The position numbers and the translations under genes are program-made. From Somniosus microcephalus (taxonomy: Eukaryota), in the NCBI GenBank assembly GCA_052327205.1, contig CM126204.1, positions 126,046,001 through 126,110,000 of the forward strand: DNA of 64,000 nucleotides. Reading direction: 5' to 3'. Shown here in pieces: positions 25,871 to 39,167 of the stretch. Every line of letters starts with the position of its first letter. Position 1 is the first letter of the stretch. Under the pieces are notes generated by a model. The model saw only the letters and a program-made list of their open reading frames with translations. It was not told where the DNA came from and did not search any database.

Positions 25871-27239
25871 ATGAGTGAATGTTTAAGGTGGTCGATGGGG
25901 TGTCAATCAAGCAGGCTGCTTTGTCCTGGATGGTGTCGAGCTTCTTCTGTTGTTGGAGCTGCACTCATCCAGGCAAGTGGAGAGTATTCCATCACACTCC
26001 TTACTTGTGCCTTGTAGATGGTGGAAAGGCTTTGGGGCGTCATGAGGTGAGACACTCGCTGCAGAATACCCAACCTCTGACCTCTTGTTGCCACAGTATT
26101 TGTGGCTGGTCCAGTTAAGTTTCTGGTCAATGGTGACCCCCAGGATGTTGATGGTGGGGGATTTGGCGATGGTAATGCCATTGAATTAAATATGAAGGCT
26201 ATTGTGTGCAATTGAATTAAAAACAAAGAAAATACAAGTGATAACACTCATACCAGACAAGACCAAAGGTGGAGGGAGAGGTGTTTGTACAGCTCTTCCT
26301 GTGTGGCCAATGAACTTGTTGCCAAGAGATATAGCAGAAGAGTGCTGTGTTGACTTGCTGCACTATTCTCCTTTCCTTGCAGGGAAGTAGATTCTACCTG
26401 CTAACTCAACCAAGCTGTCACAGGAAGATAAAACATTGTTGCCACACCCCGACATTTGTGTTTTAAGTGATGCTGACGTTCTATTCCTCCTTTCCCGCTG
26501 CTCTGGCTGAGATTAACTGATTCAGCACAGGCTGGAGTCAAGTCTTTCAGTGTTATAACACTAAGTATTATTGTGCTGCTTCAAGAAGTGGATTTGCTGC
26601 ATCAGTGCTGCATTGAATTGACTTTTCCTTCTGCTCGTTTTGATATGGATGAAAATTAAACTCATCCAACGTTTAACACCCTCAGTATTGAACGGTGCGA
26701 AGTAAAGGCCTATTTACACAAGTATGACCAGTTAAACCGAGTGACGCTTCTGTAGTGTAGAGCTGCTTCAAGAAGCAGCAGTTTGTAAGTTGAAATTTGT
26801 AACTTTCTGACTCTCTTCCCTGCACACCCCCCCCCCCCCCCCCCCAAGATGCTGGCTCCTTGGGCAGCTGTGGAAACTACCAGGAGCAGCAGAGCAGCAA
26901 AAGTGCTATTAGGGTTGTTTCTGGAAGGATTTTATAGGGTCTGCGTAAGTACTACATGCCAGTGGTTGTATAAATGACAGTTTGTGTCATGGTTGCACGC
27001 GATTATCAACTTTGGTTTCAGCATAAGCAATAGGACATCTTAGATTGCTTTCTTAGTCATAAGTAGCACTCTGATTGTAACCTGGGAATGAACTTCAATC
27101 CCAGTTCCTGACTACTTTCTGTTCGTGGGCAAGTTTAGTTTATAAATGCAAATTGCAGAAGGCAGTACAATATGAATGAGAACACATGAAGAATACAAGA
27201 CAAAACTATTCCAATTCAAAGTAAGCATTATAAAAACCT

Positions 27240-27334
27240 TTTCTGATGAAAGGTCATTGACCTGAAACGTTAACTCTTTCTCTCTCCGCAGATGCTGCCT
27301 GACCTGCTGAGTATTGCCAGCATTTTCTGCTTTT
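27240..27334 (+). mobile_element. 95-bp Penelope pLTR insertion with canonical hammerhead core
   Basis: CTGATGA(27243-27249)-A-AGGTC-ATT-GACCT-GAAA-CGTT-AAC; TSD ATTATAAAAA(A)CCT at 27227-27239 and 27335-27348. Confidence 0.75.
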
Positions 27335-27368
27335 ATTATAAAAAACCTGTTGTCTGGACTAAAAAAAA

Positions 27369-30300
27369 TATAGAAACATAGATAGGAGCAGGAGTAGGCC
27401 ATTCGGCCCCTCGAGCCTGTTCTGCCATTTAATGAGATCATGGTTGATCATCCAAATTCAGTACCCTGTCCCTGCTTTCTCCCCATATCCCTTGATCCCA
27501 TTAGCCTTAAGAAATATATCTAACTCCTTGAATATATTTAATAAATTGGCCTCAACTGCCTTCTGTGGTAGAGAATTCCACAGGTTCACCACTCTCTGGG
27601 TGAAGAAATTCCTCCTCATCTCAGTCCTAAATGACTTACCCCTTATCCTTAGACTGTGACCCCTGGTTCTGGACTCCCCTGCCATCGGGAACATCCTTCC
27701 TGCGTCTAGTCCTGTTAGAATTTTATAAGTTTCAATGAGATCCCCTCTCATTCTTCTAAACTCCAGCGAATATAATCCCAATCGACCCAATCTCTCTTCA
27801 TACGTCATTCCTGCATTCCCAGGTATCAGTCTGGTGAATCTTCGCTGCACTCCCTCCATGGCAAGAACACCCTTCCTCAGATAAGGCGACCAAAACTGCA
27901 CACAATACTCAAGGTGTTGTCTCACCAAGACCCTGTACAACTGCAGCAAGACATCCTTGCTCCTGTACTTGAATCCTCTCGCTATGAAGGCCAACATACC
28001 ATTTGCCGCCTTAACCGCCTGCTGCACCTGCATGCTTACCTTCAGCGACTGGTGCACAAGGACACCCAGGTCTCGTTGCACTTCCCCTTTTCCCAATCTA
28101 TTGCAGTTCAGATGATGTGTCTTCCTGTTTTTGCCACCAAAGTGGATAACCTTGCATTTATCCACATTATACTGCATCTGCCATGTATCTGCCCAATCAC
28201 CCAACCTGTCCAAATCATACTGGAGTTTCTCTGCATCCTCCTCACAGCACACATACCCACCCAGCTTTGTGTCGTCTGCAAACTTGGAGATATTACATCT
28301 AGTTCCCTCGTCTAGATCATTAATATATATTGTGAATAGCTGGGGTCCTAGGACCGATCCCTGCGGTACCCCACTAGTCACTGCCTGCCACTCGGAAAAA
28401 GACGCGTTTATTCCAACTCTTTGCTTCCTGTCTGCCAACCAGTTCTCTATCCCAGTCAGTACCTTACCCCCAATTCCATGTGCTTTAACTTTGCACACCA
28501 ATCTCTTATGCGGGACCTTATCGAAAGCCTTCTGAAAGTCGAAATACACCACATCCACTGGTTCTCCCTTATCTATTCTACCAGTTACATCCTCAAAAAA
28601 TTCCAGTAGATTAGTCAAGCATGATTTACCTTTTGTAAATCCATGTTGACTTTGTCCGATCCTGTCACTGCTTTCCAAGTGCTCTGCTATTACTTCTTTT
28701 ATAATGAACTCTAGCATTTTCCCCACTACCGATGTCAGGCTTACTATAATTCCCTGTTTTCTCTCTACCACCTTTTTTTAAATAGTGGGGTTACATTAGC
28801 TACCTTGCAATCCATGGGAACTATTCCAGAGTCTATAGAATTTTGGAAGATGACCAGCAATGCATCTACTATTTCTAGGGCCACTTCCTTAAGTACCCTA
28901 GGATGTAGATTATCAGGCCCTTGGGGATTTATCGGCTTTCAATGCCGTCAATTTCCCTAACGCCATTTCCCCACAAATACTGATTTCATTCAATTCCTCC
29001 CTCTCATTAGACCCTATGTTCCCCGACATCTCTGGAAGGTTATTCGTGTCCTCCTTTGTGAAGACAGAACCAAAGTATGTATTTAATTGGTCTGCCATTT
29101 CTTTGTTCCCCATTATAAATTCCCCTGATTCTGACTGCGAGAGACCTACGCATGACTTCACCAATCTTTTTCTCTTCACATATCCATAAAAGCTTTTACA
29201 GTCAGCTTTTATGTTCCCTGCAAGCTTACTCTCATATTCTATTTCCCCCCTCTTAATTAATCCCTTTGTCATCCTTTGCTGAATCCTAAACTGCTGCTAA
29301 TCCTCAAGTTTGCTGCTTTTTCTGGCCAATTTCTATGTCGTCTCCTTGGATCTTATGCTATCCCTAATTTCCCTTGTTAGCCACGGTTGAGTCACCTTTT
29401 AAAAAATTTTTATGCCAAACAGTGATGAACAAATTCTGTAGTTCATCCATGCGATCTTTAAATATTTGCCATTGCCTATCAACCGTCAACCCTTTAAGTA
29501 ATGTTCCCCAATCCATCCTAGCCAACTTGTGCATCATACCATCGTAGTTTCCTTTATTTAAATTCAGGACCCATGTCTCTGAGTCAACTACTTCACTCTC
29601 CATCTTAATGAAGAATTCGATCATATTATGATCGCTCCTCCCCAAGGGGCTTCGCACAACAAGATTGCTAATTATTCCCTTCTCATTACATAATACCCAG
29701 TCTAAGATGGCCTGATCTCTAGTTGATTCCTCGACATATTGGTCCAGGAAACCATCCCGTATACACTCCAGGAATTCCTCCTCCACAGTATTGTTACTAA
29801 TTTGGTTAGCCCAATCTATATGTAGATTAAAGTCACCCATGATAACTGCTGTGCACTTATTGCACGCGTCTCTAATTTCCTGTTTAATGCCATCCCCAAT
29901 CTCAGCATTACTGTTTGGGGGTCTGTATACAAGTCCCACTAACGTTTTCTGCCCCTTGGTATTTCTCAGCTCTACCCATACAGATTCCACATCATAGCTA
30001 ATATCCTTCCTTACTATTGTGTTAATCTCTTTAACCAGCAATGCTACCCCACCTCCTTTTTCTTTTTGCCTGTCTTTCCTGAATGTTGAATACCCCTGGA
30101 TGTTGAGTTCCCAGCCTTGGTCACCCTGGAGCCATGTTTCCGTAATCCCAATCATATATCATATCCATTTACATCTATTTACGCAGCTAATTCATCCACC
30201 TTAGGAATGCTCCTCGCATTAAGACACAAAGCCTTCAGGCTTGTTTTTTTAATACTCTTGGTCCTTTTAGAATTCTTATTTACTGTCGCCCTGTTTGATT

Positions 30301-30981
30301 TACACCCTTGATTTCTCTGCCTTCCACTTTTGCTTTTCTCCTTCCTGTCTTTTGTTTCTATCCTTGCTTCCCTTTCATCTGTCTCCCTGCACAGGTTCCC
30401 AACCCCCTGCCATTTTCGTTTAAACCCTCCCCAACAGCACTAGCAAACATTCCCCCTAGGACATCGGTCCCGGTCCCGCCCAGGTACAAACCATCCAGTT
30501 TGTCCTGGTCCCCCCCCCCCCCCCCCCCCCCCCCCCACCCCCAGAACCGGTTCCAATGTCCCAGGAATATGAATCCCCCCCCTTGCACCATTCCTCTTAC
30601 CATGTATTCATCTGAAATATCCTTCTATTTCTACAGCACATGGCACTGGTAGCAATCCTGAGATTACTACCTTTTGAGGTCCTATTTTTTAATTTACCTC
30701 CTAACTCCCTATATTCAGCTTTTAGGAGCTCATCCCGTTTTTTACCTATAACGTTGGTACCTATATGCACCACAACAACTGGTTGTTCACCCTCCCCCTC
30801 CAGAATGCTCTGCAGCCGCCCTGAGACATCCTTGACCCTTGCACCAGGGAGGCAACATACCATCCTGGAGTCTCGTTTGTGGCTGCAGAAACGCCTATCT
30901 ATTCCCCTTACAATAGAATCTCCTATCACTATAGCTCTCCCACTCCTTTTCCTCCCGTCCTGTGCAGCAGAACCACCCATG
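27369..30981 (-). mobile_element. CR1-clade LINE, near full length: ORF1 SGNH/esterase-like part plus ORF2 EN-RT
   Basis: IVIGDSIVRGIDRRFC...CCLPGARVKDV (ORF1); GVPQGSVLGPQLFTIYINDLD, FADDTKL (RT); several frameshifts. Confidence 0.93.
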
Positions 30982-31230
30982 GAAAAAATGCCTGCTTTCT
31001 TCCCAGTGTGTGACTGCAGGAATTATTTCCCAGTATTTAAACTGATCTGTGCACTTTCAGGCAACATAGTTCAATGGTATCAAATATCGGTGGGGAGAGG
31101 GTCTCTACAGATTCCTTAGGATATTGCAAAAGTTTCCAGACATTAGACCCAGAACTGGGTTTTGCAGATATTTTAGTCCAGAAAATGGATAAAGCCACAA
31201 AATCTCAAGATTAGGAACAAAAATTCAGTA

Positions 31231-31569
31231 CAGGAAACTTTTTGATATCCGGCACTGACGGGACCGAGCTGGTGCCGTAACATCAAAAGTGCCGGACATA
31301 CCAGAGTTAATGTTTAAACATACGGAACTGAGAAGCTCCGTGTGAATCAACAAACCCTGTTGCTTAGCAACAGCTTCAAAACAGTCGGCTGCAGCTGCAA
31401 GCGTCTGTAGCTGAAGCTGTTGCTATAGCTACAGACCTTGCAGTGCTTGACTGGGGGGGGGGGGAAAAAGCAACGAGAACTAAAAAAACATATAGAAAAC
31501 GGCTCCTGATTTTTGCCGTTAGATCGAGTATTCCGGACATATAACCTCCGGATAAACCAAAGTTTCCTG
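31231..31569. mobile_element. Tc1/mariner (pogo/Tigger-like) MITE
   Basis: Imperfect 22-bp TIR CAGGAAACTTTTTGATATCCGG / CCGGATAAACCAAAGTTTCCTG; TA on both sides (31229-31230, 31570-31571). Confidence 0.8.
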
Positions 31570-31652
31570 TAATGACTAAATTCGGAATACTGTTACTACT
31601 GTACATTACAATGGAAAGCTATTGCAATTTTCTATATTCTGCTCATTTACAG

Positions 31653-31748
31653 GATGATACATACACAGAAAGTTATATCAGTACAATTGGTGTGGACTTC
31701 AAAATCAGAACTATAGAGCTAGATGGCAAGACCATCAAACTTCAAATC
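31653..31748 (+). CDS. RAB1A: RAB1A coding exon 3 ([32 protein letters not shown]; switch I)
   Basis: tttacag|GAT ... ATC|gtaagt; 96 nt; IGVDF RabF1 motif. Confidence 0.97.
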
Positions 31749-31919
31749 GTAAGTATTTCTAAATACTGGAGCATTGAAATTGTTAAAATACATAGTTGAT
31801 TACAAATTAAAAGGCTGTAAATTTCCAAGATAATATCTATTAATCATTTAAAAAAAAATCTACAATTTGGAAATTTGCCTCAATGTAGATTCTGTGATTC
31901 ATCAAACATCTCCTCCATT

Positions 31920-33305
31920 AAGACATAGGATATACGGCACAGAAACAGGCCATTCAGCCCAACCAGCTCATGCCGGCGTTTATGCTCCATATGAACCTCC
32001 TCCCGTCTTTCCTCATCTAAACCTATCAGCATAACCCTCTATTCCCTTTTCCCTCATATGCTTGTCTAGCCTCCCTGAAATGCATCTGTACTATTCGCTT
32101 CAACCACTCCCTGTGGTAGTGAGTTCCACATTCTCACCACTCTTTGGGTGAAGAAGTTTCTTCTGAATTCCCTATTGGATTTTTTGGTGGCTATCTTATA
32201 TTGATGGCCTCTAGTTATGCTCTTCCCCACAAGTGGAAACGTTCTCTCTCTATCCACTCAACATTTTTCATAATTTTAAAGACCTCTATTGGGTCACCCC
32301 TCAGCCTTTTTTCAAGAGAAAAGAGACCCAGCCTGTTCATCCTTTCCTCATATGTATACCTTCGCATTTCTGGTATTCTTGTAAATCTTCTCTGCACCTT
32401 CTCCAGTGCCTTTATATCCTTTTTATAATATGGCGACCAAAACTGTATGCAGTACTCTTAAGTGTGGTCTAACCAAGGTTCGATACAGGTTTAGCATAAC
32501 TTCCCTACTTTTCAATTCTATCCCTCTTTTATAAAAAAAAACCCTAGTGCTTAGTTTGCTTTTTTATGGCATTGCTAACCTGTGTCGCTACTTTGTGATG
32601 TTTGCATTTGTACTCCGAGATCCCTTTGTTCCCCTTGCACCCTCCAAGTGATGTGGCCTCCCTATTCTTCCTACCAAAATGTAATACCTCGCATTTATTT
32701 GTTTTGAACTTCATTTGCCCATTCTGCAAGTTTATTAATGTCCTCCTGTAACTTGTTGCAGCCCTTCTCAGTAATGACTATCCTCTCTTTCCCCCCCCCC
32801 CCCCCCCACCCAAATGTGGTGTCATCTGCAAATTTAGAAATTGTGTTTTTGATTCCAAAGTCTAAATCGTTAATGTAAATTGTGAACAGCAGTGGTCCCA
32901 GCACTGATCCTTGTGGAACACCACTGCCCACTTTCTGCCACTGTGAATAGCTACCCTTTACTCCTACTCTGTTTCCTTTCTGCCCTGAAGCCAGCCAGCA
33001 ATCCATTCTGCATTTTCTGACCTTGCTCATCAGTCACAGGTAATGGGGTACCTTATTGAAGGCCTTTTGAAAATCCAGATGAATTACATCTACTGCATTA
33101 CCATTGTCTACACTCTCTGTTACCTCTTCAAAAAAATTCAATAATGTCGGTCAAGCAAGACTTTCCTTTTTGAAATCCATGCTAACTATTCATTATTATA
33201 TATTTGGTTTCTAGATGTTCTTCTATTTTCTCCTTTAGTAGGGATTCCATTATGTTTCCTACCACCGATGTTAAGCTGACTGGTCTATAATTCCCTGGAC
33301 ATTCC
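31920..33305 (-). mobile_element. CR1 LINE fragment
   Basis: GVPQGSVLGPLLFTIYINDLD, FADDT, NFFTQRVVRMWNSLP. Confidence 0.88.
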
Positions 33306-33674
33306 TTAAAAAGTACCTCTTTGATCAAGTCTTTAGTCACCTGTCCTAATATCTCCTTGTATGACTGTCAAATTTTGTTTGATAATCACTCCTGTGAAGG
33401 TCCTTGGGATGTTTTACTACGTTAAAGGTGCTATATAAATGCAAGTTATTAACTTCTGAACTTGAGCAAAATAGCACCTTTTAAAAGTATATATGCATTG
33501 TTTTAACTCCCACCACTCGGTTGTGAAATGATCCAAGGCCTGTGGATTGAACTGGGAGATGGAGAACACAAAAAATGGGGCCAGTGGCTCTTGTTATAGA
33601 CTGGCTGTCCATTTTGAAAGTGTTTTTTGAGATTATGCATCATACAAGCTATGACTGTATCAACCCTGACTTAA

Positions 33675-33812
<138 letters not shown>

Positions 33813-34899
33813 TAAATTAAATAGTGGTGGAAAAAAGAAAGCAAATTAGACAGTATAGCTACACCATTAAAACCTAATCTGGTGCTGTAAATGATAAGCT
33901 AATTAAGGTGGCAAAAGAAATAGTGGCGACATGAGGAAAAACTTTTTTAAGTAACGAGTGATTAGGATTTGGAATGCACCCCCTGATAGGGTGGTGGATA
34001 CAGATTCAATAGTAGCCTTCAAAAGGGAATTGGATAAATCATTGAAGGAGAAAAAATTGCAAGGATATAGGGAAAGAGCGGATGAGTGGAACTGACTGGA
34101 TTGCTCTTCGAAAGAGCCGGCACAGACTTGATGGGTCAGATAGCCTCCTTCTGTGCTGTTCTATTCTATGATTCTACTGCTGTCCAGTAATATCTATATA
34201 GATGTATAGATAAATATACCTCCTCTCTTTCCCCCACCCTCCCCTCATTACATTTAATTGCCTAATTTAAATAGCTATTATTCTGTTCTTTAATTTGGGC
34301 TGTCGTACTCTATGAAATGCAATGATTGAAGTCTATTTTTATTACCTTTGGAGCATAGGTTTTTTTTTACAGTATAGGTGGAGGAACTGGGAGTTGTAAA
34401 CTAAGGCATGCCGATGGAGTATGTAACTGCAATTTGACAAGTTAACATGGGTAGTTTCCATTATAAATGTGGACATATTAATTTAAAGTGGAAAATGTTA
34501 ACGCAGTGCGTGCAGATCTAAGATTTTTAATATAGTTGCCTGTTGGTAATCTCATTAATACTTAACGTACAAGTGTAGAACTAATAATGGCCAACTATGG
34601 TAACTTTGCTGTTTTCAGTGTGGTGATTGTAATTCGTGCTGTAAAGGACAATATTTAATTAGTAGAAGGTGCCAAGGGTGGAACAATCACTGTTGGCTCT
34701 GTGGATGAATACACCACCTGTATGAACGAGGAAGGTCATGGTTAAATTCTAGGTCAGTGTTGAGTTAACTGATTGCAGTTGGGGCACCAGTAGAGTCACC
34801 AGAGTTAGTCTCAACTTTCCTCAGCTATTCTAGGAGGTGAGGTTTTGATGGGCAGACTTCCAGTTCCTGTTTGGTGACTTCTACAGTAAGTAACATCAG

Positions 34900-35140
34900 C
34901 TTGGCCCACTTGGCCGAGTCAGAACGTCGTGGATTTAAATCCCACTCCAGGATTTGAGAATATAATCTAGACTAACACTCAAGTACTCCATTGTCTGAGG
35001 TGATATCTTTTCAGGTGATGCATTAAACCAAGCCTGCCTGTTGAAGTAGATGTAAAAGATCCCATGGCACTATTCCGAGAAAAGCAGGGAGGTGTCCTGG
35101 CCAACATTTCTCTCCACCAAAACAACAGATTAGCTGAACA
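34900..35140 (+). mobile_element. Deu-domain SINE (SacSINE1-like) head and body; related tails at ~430-575 -, 20940-21132 -, 46660-46810 +, 50600-50750 +
   Basis: gtaaaagatcccatggcactatt...gtgtcctggccaacatt resembles the Deu core; tails end in an L2-like terminus. Confidence 0.65.
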
Positions 35141-35588
35141 GTCATATGTTTTTTTTTCTTAAAATAGATCTGGTTTGCACTTGGGTAACTCTTGTGTACC
35201 ACGATGTGCTGCCTACCTGCTCACTGGATGCCTTCTGTGATAAGTGGGGACTACATGGTATCTTTGATTTTCTTCGAGCCTACCATTTTTGGTTTTAAAT
35301 TCTGCTTTTGTTTAAAAATCAGTTTGGATGACATATTCCTCCCTGAATCTTTAGTGGTTAAAATTATCAAATAGGAACCCAGTTGGAAGTAAACCTAAGC
35401 AGGTGTCAGCTGAAGATGGGTTTGGCTGTGATTACCCACAGTCAAATAGTCTGCAAACATTCACTGTTCAGGCTTGAACGCATAAAAACCAGGGCTGGAG
35501 AGAGGGGACTGGAGGATTGCCATTTGTGAAACTATCTGAACGTGTCTTTAGGAGAGGAAGGGCGTGAAGCCACACTTTTAATCTTCTT

Positions 35589-35660
35589 TAATAACAACAG
35601 AAAATACTGGAAAAACTCAGCAGGCCAGGCAACATCTGTGGAGAGAAATTAGAGTCGACG
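35589..35660 (-). mobile_element. 72-bp Penelope pLTR insertion just upstream of RAB1A exon 5
   Basis: Near-identical to 951-1023; TSD TTTAATCTTCTT at 35577-35588 and 35661-35672. Confidence 0.75.
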
Positions 35661-35688
35661 TTTAATCTTCTTGTTCCTTTTCCTCTAG

Positions 35689-35820
35689 GAGTCATTCAAC
35701 AATGTAAAACAGTGGCTCCAGGAGATAGATCGTTATGCCAGTGAAAATGTTAACAAGTTATTGGTAGGGAACAAATGTGATCTGACAACGAAGAAAGTGG
35801 TGGACTATACAACAGCAAAG
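35689..35820 (+). CDS. RAB1A: RAB1A coding exon 5 ([44 protein letters not shown])
   Basis: cctctag|GAG ... AAG|gtatgt; 132 nt; GNKCD G4 motif. Confidence 0.97.
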
Positions 35821-36534
35821 GTATGTTATGCAAAGTCAATCTCCAAACACATGAATGTAAAACCAACATTGCTTTGCATTCTCCAGAATAGTTAAGTGAG
35901 CGAAGCATTCCAATTTAAGTATACAAATATGTTAATGAGGAAAGTAACATTGAAGATACTCGGCATACAGAAAAATAAAATGCAAATTCACTTAGCTGTA
36001 ACTTCCCCTTTAAATACTTCAAAAAAAAACTAAAATCTGTCTTAAATGACTGAAAATTTAAATATTGCACCAATAATGGTTTGATTTTTCATTGTGCTTC
36101 TTGGGGTGGAGATTTAAATGCAAGTCCAGTGTTAAATTCAAATGGGAGTTGAATAGTTGATTGGCAAAATAAAACTGCTTGGGTGTATAAGATGGTATTT
36201 TTGAACTTTGGGAGCCTACTAGTGATCTATTTTTGGCCTTTCATACACTTGTATTCCTAAGTGCCAGCTGTGCATGCACAGTAGGGGTGAAGACTCGCGG
36301 AGAATTTGCAAGGAGAGTCGTCTCCAGGCCGCACTCGTGTGCTGCCTGTTGGCAGAAGCAAGTTGTTTGTGGGCCACATGCAACGCATGCTGTAGGGATT
36401 AAATGAGCCATTTCAGAGCCATGTCCTTTTATATAAAAAGCTGTTGATTTCAAATTGTGGAAATATTAAATTACCTTTTGAGCAAAATGAGCTTGTGCAA
36501 CATTACTGGAATTAGTAAAAGGTTGAAATTTAAA

Positions 36535-37765
36535 AATTTGTTTATGGGATGTGGGCGTCGCTGACAAGGCCAGCATTTATTGCCCATCCCTAATTGCCCT
36601 TGAGAAGGTGGTGGTGAGCTGCCTTCTTGAACTGCTGCAGTCCGTGTGGTGAAGGTACTCCCACAGTGCTGTTGGGGCGGGAGTCCCAGGTTTTCACCCA
36701 GTGATGGTAAAGGAATGGCGATATACTTCAAGTCAGGATGGTGTGTGACTTGGAGATGGTGGTGCTCCCATGTGCCTGCTGCTTCTAGGTGGTAGAGGTT
36801 GCAGGTTTGGGAGGTGCTGCCGAAGAAGCCTTGGCGCATTGCTGCAGTGCATCTTGTAGATGGTGCACACTGCAGCCATGGTACGCCGGTGGTGGAGGGA
36901 GTGAATGTTTAAGGTGGTGGATGGGGTGCCAATCAAGCGGGCTACTTTGTCCTAGATGGTGTCGAGCTTCTTGTTGTTGGAGCTGCACTCATCCAGGCAA
37001 GTGGAGATTATTCAGTCACACTCCTTACTTGTGCCTTGTAGATGGTGGAAAGACTTTGGGGAGTCAGGAGGTGAGACACTCGCCGCAGAATACTTAGCCT
37101 CTGACCTGCTCTTATTACCACAGTGTTACCCAGTTAAGTTTCTGGTCAATGGTGACCCCCGGGATGTTGATGGTGGGGGATTCGGCGATGGTAATGCCGT
37201 TGAATGTCAAGGGGCGGTGGTTAGACACTCGCTTGTTGGGGATAGTCATTGCCTGCCATGAATGTTACCTGCCACTTATCAGCCCAAGCCTGAACATCGT
37301 CCAGGTCTTGTTGCATGTGGGCATGTACTGTGCAGTCATCAGCCAACAATGCCATTTCTGACCTTCTGTTGGAGGGAAGGTCATTGATGAAGCAGCTGAA
37401 GATGGTTGAGTCTAGGACACTGCCCTGGGGCTGTGATGTTTGACCTTCAGCCACCACAACCATCTTCCTTTGTGCTAGATATGACTCCAGCCAGTGGAGA
37501 GTTTCTCTTTCCCACCACCCCCCCCCCCGATTCCCATTGACTTCAGTTTTATTAGGGCCCCTTGATGCCACACAGTCGAATGCTGCCTTGATGTCAAGGG
37601 TAGTCACTCACCTCGTCTCTAGAATTCAGCTCCTTTGTCAATGTTTGAACCAAGGCTGTAATGAGGTCTGGAGTCAGTGGTCTTGGCGGAACCCAAACTG
37701 GGCATCAGTGAGCAGGTTATTGGTGAGTAAGTGCTGCTTGATTACACTGTTGATGACACCTTTTA
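36535..37765 (-). mobile_element. LINE of a second CR1-like family (other copies ~2930-3270 +, 25873-26190 -, 60585-60864 -)
   Basis: LDIKAAFD, GSVLDSTIFSCFINDLP; shared 3' end gggcaattagggatgggcaataaatgctggcc. Confidence 0.85.
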
Positions 37766-38111
37766 ATGAGATTCATATGCAGGGAAATCCTCAATCTTTT
37801 GAAATAAATATAAAATAACCTTCCAAGGATACTGTGCTTTTTTTCAGGAATGTACACTCCTTTTAATTTAGTTACTTAATTGTAATCATCTTTGAGAACA
37901 AGTACTGTTAAATAGTTAAAATTGTTTAATTTGAATTTTTCTGCAAAGAGAGATTTTGAATGAGCAGTAGACTTGTGTATACCTGTATAATGCCTGTATA
38001 TAGAGTAAAGGTACTTTGATAGTTAAAAAATTGTGATTATCAGCGCTGGTGTTAATGCAGAAATTTGTTTCCAGTGTAGTTCTTAAACATTTGGTATTTT
38101 GTGGTTGAGAG

Positions 38112-38252
38112 CAACGTTCCTGTGCTCTGAAGGTCCCCCACAGCTGGTGAGCCGGCTTTTCAATAGAAAAACTGTGCAGGCGCAGAATTTTGAATAGCCC
38201 GCGCTGCCTATTAAAGGGGCCGTGCAGGCAAAAAAAATTAGAGGGAACATTG
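38112..38252. mobile_element. hAT-type MITE (a related end starts at 22755)
   Basis: Termini CAACGTTCC / GGAACATTG; 8-bp TSD GTTGAGAG at 38104-38111 and 38253-38260. Confidence 0.8.
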
Positions 38253-39167
38253 GTTGAGAGTATGATGGGCTTTGATGCCATATACTTGGAAATCATCCAA
38301 AATTCTGCTGCCTGTATCCTAACCCGCAGCAAGTTCCATTCACCCATCACCCATGTGCTCACTGACATACATTGGCTCCTGGTCCAGCAACACCTCGATT
38401 TTTAAAATTCTCATCCTTGTTTTCAAATCCCTCCATGGTCTCGCGCAGATCTCTGCGCTCCTCCAATTCTGACCTATTGTGCATCCCCATTTTAATCGCT
38501 TCACCATTGGCAGCTGTGCCTTCAGCTGCCTGGGCCCTAAGACTCTTCTCTCTCTCCCCTCCTTTAAGACACTTCTTAAAACCTACCTCTTCCTGTCCTA
38601 ATATATCCTTACCTGGCTTGGTCAAACTTTGTTTGATAACGCTCCTGTGCAGTGCCTTGGGATGTTTTACTCTGTTAAAGGTGCTATATAAATGCAAGTT
38701 GTTGTATTTGAAAACAGTTGTCCTATTGATGCTGGTAATGTGTGCACTCTCACCCTCCCTATCAAATTAGCTTGAGCACTTTGGGTCTTTCATCCAGTTT
38801 CCTAAGAACTGTTAAATAGTCTTGGTTAGTTTATGTTTGTGCATGTTTTGCAGTAAATCAATTGAAGGAGACATCCTATGGTTAGGCTGTAGCAACTGAG
38901 GTAAATTACAATGTGAAGCCAATTTTCATGGTTGTGTACATGTGTAGCTCTTGGTAATGCTAATCCAAAATGTGGTTATATTGTAGTTGAACATGAGTGT
39001 TCATGTATATTTTTGAAGGATGTGCATTAACAAAATTCAGTAGCAAAAACACTTTGATCAATCTATAATGTTGTAGTAAAATGCGTGAGAAAAACCTAAT
39101 GTACTGGTGTATAAAGTAAACTGGTGGTTCTTGCTGGATAATTAATTCCTCTTTTATTGGTCAACAG

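Noticed and set aside
35370-35565. Old SINE-like relic, weakly similar to ~6440-6580 and ~20330-20530
   Set aside because: Too degraded to define or name by eye.
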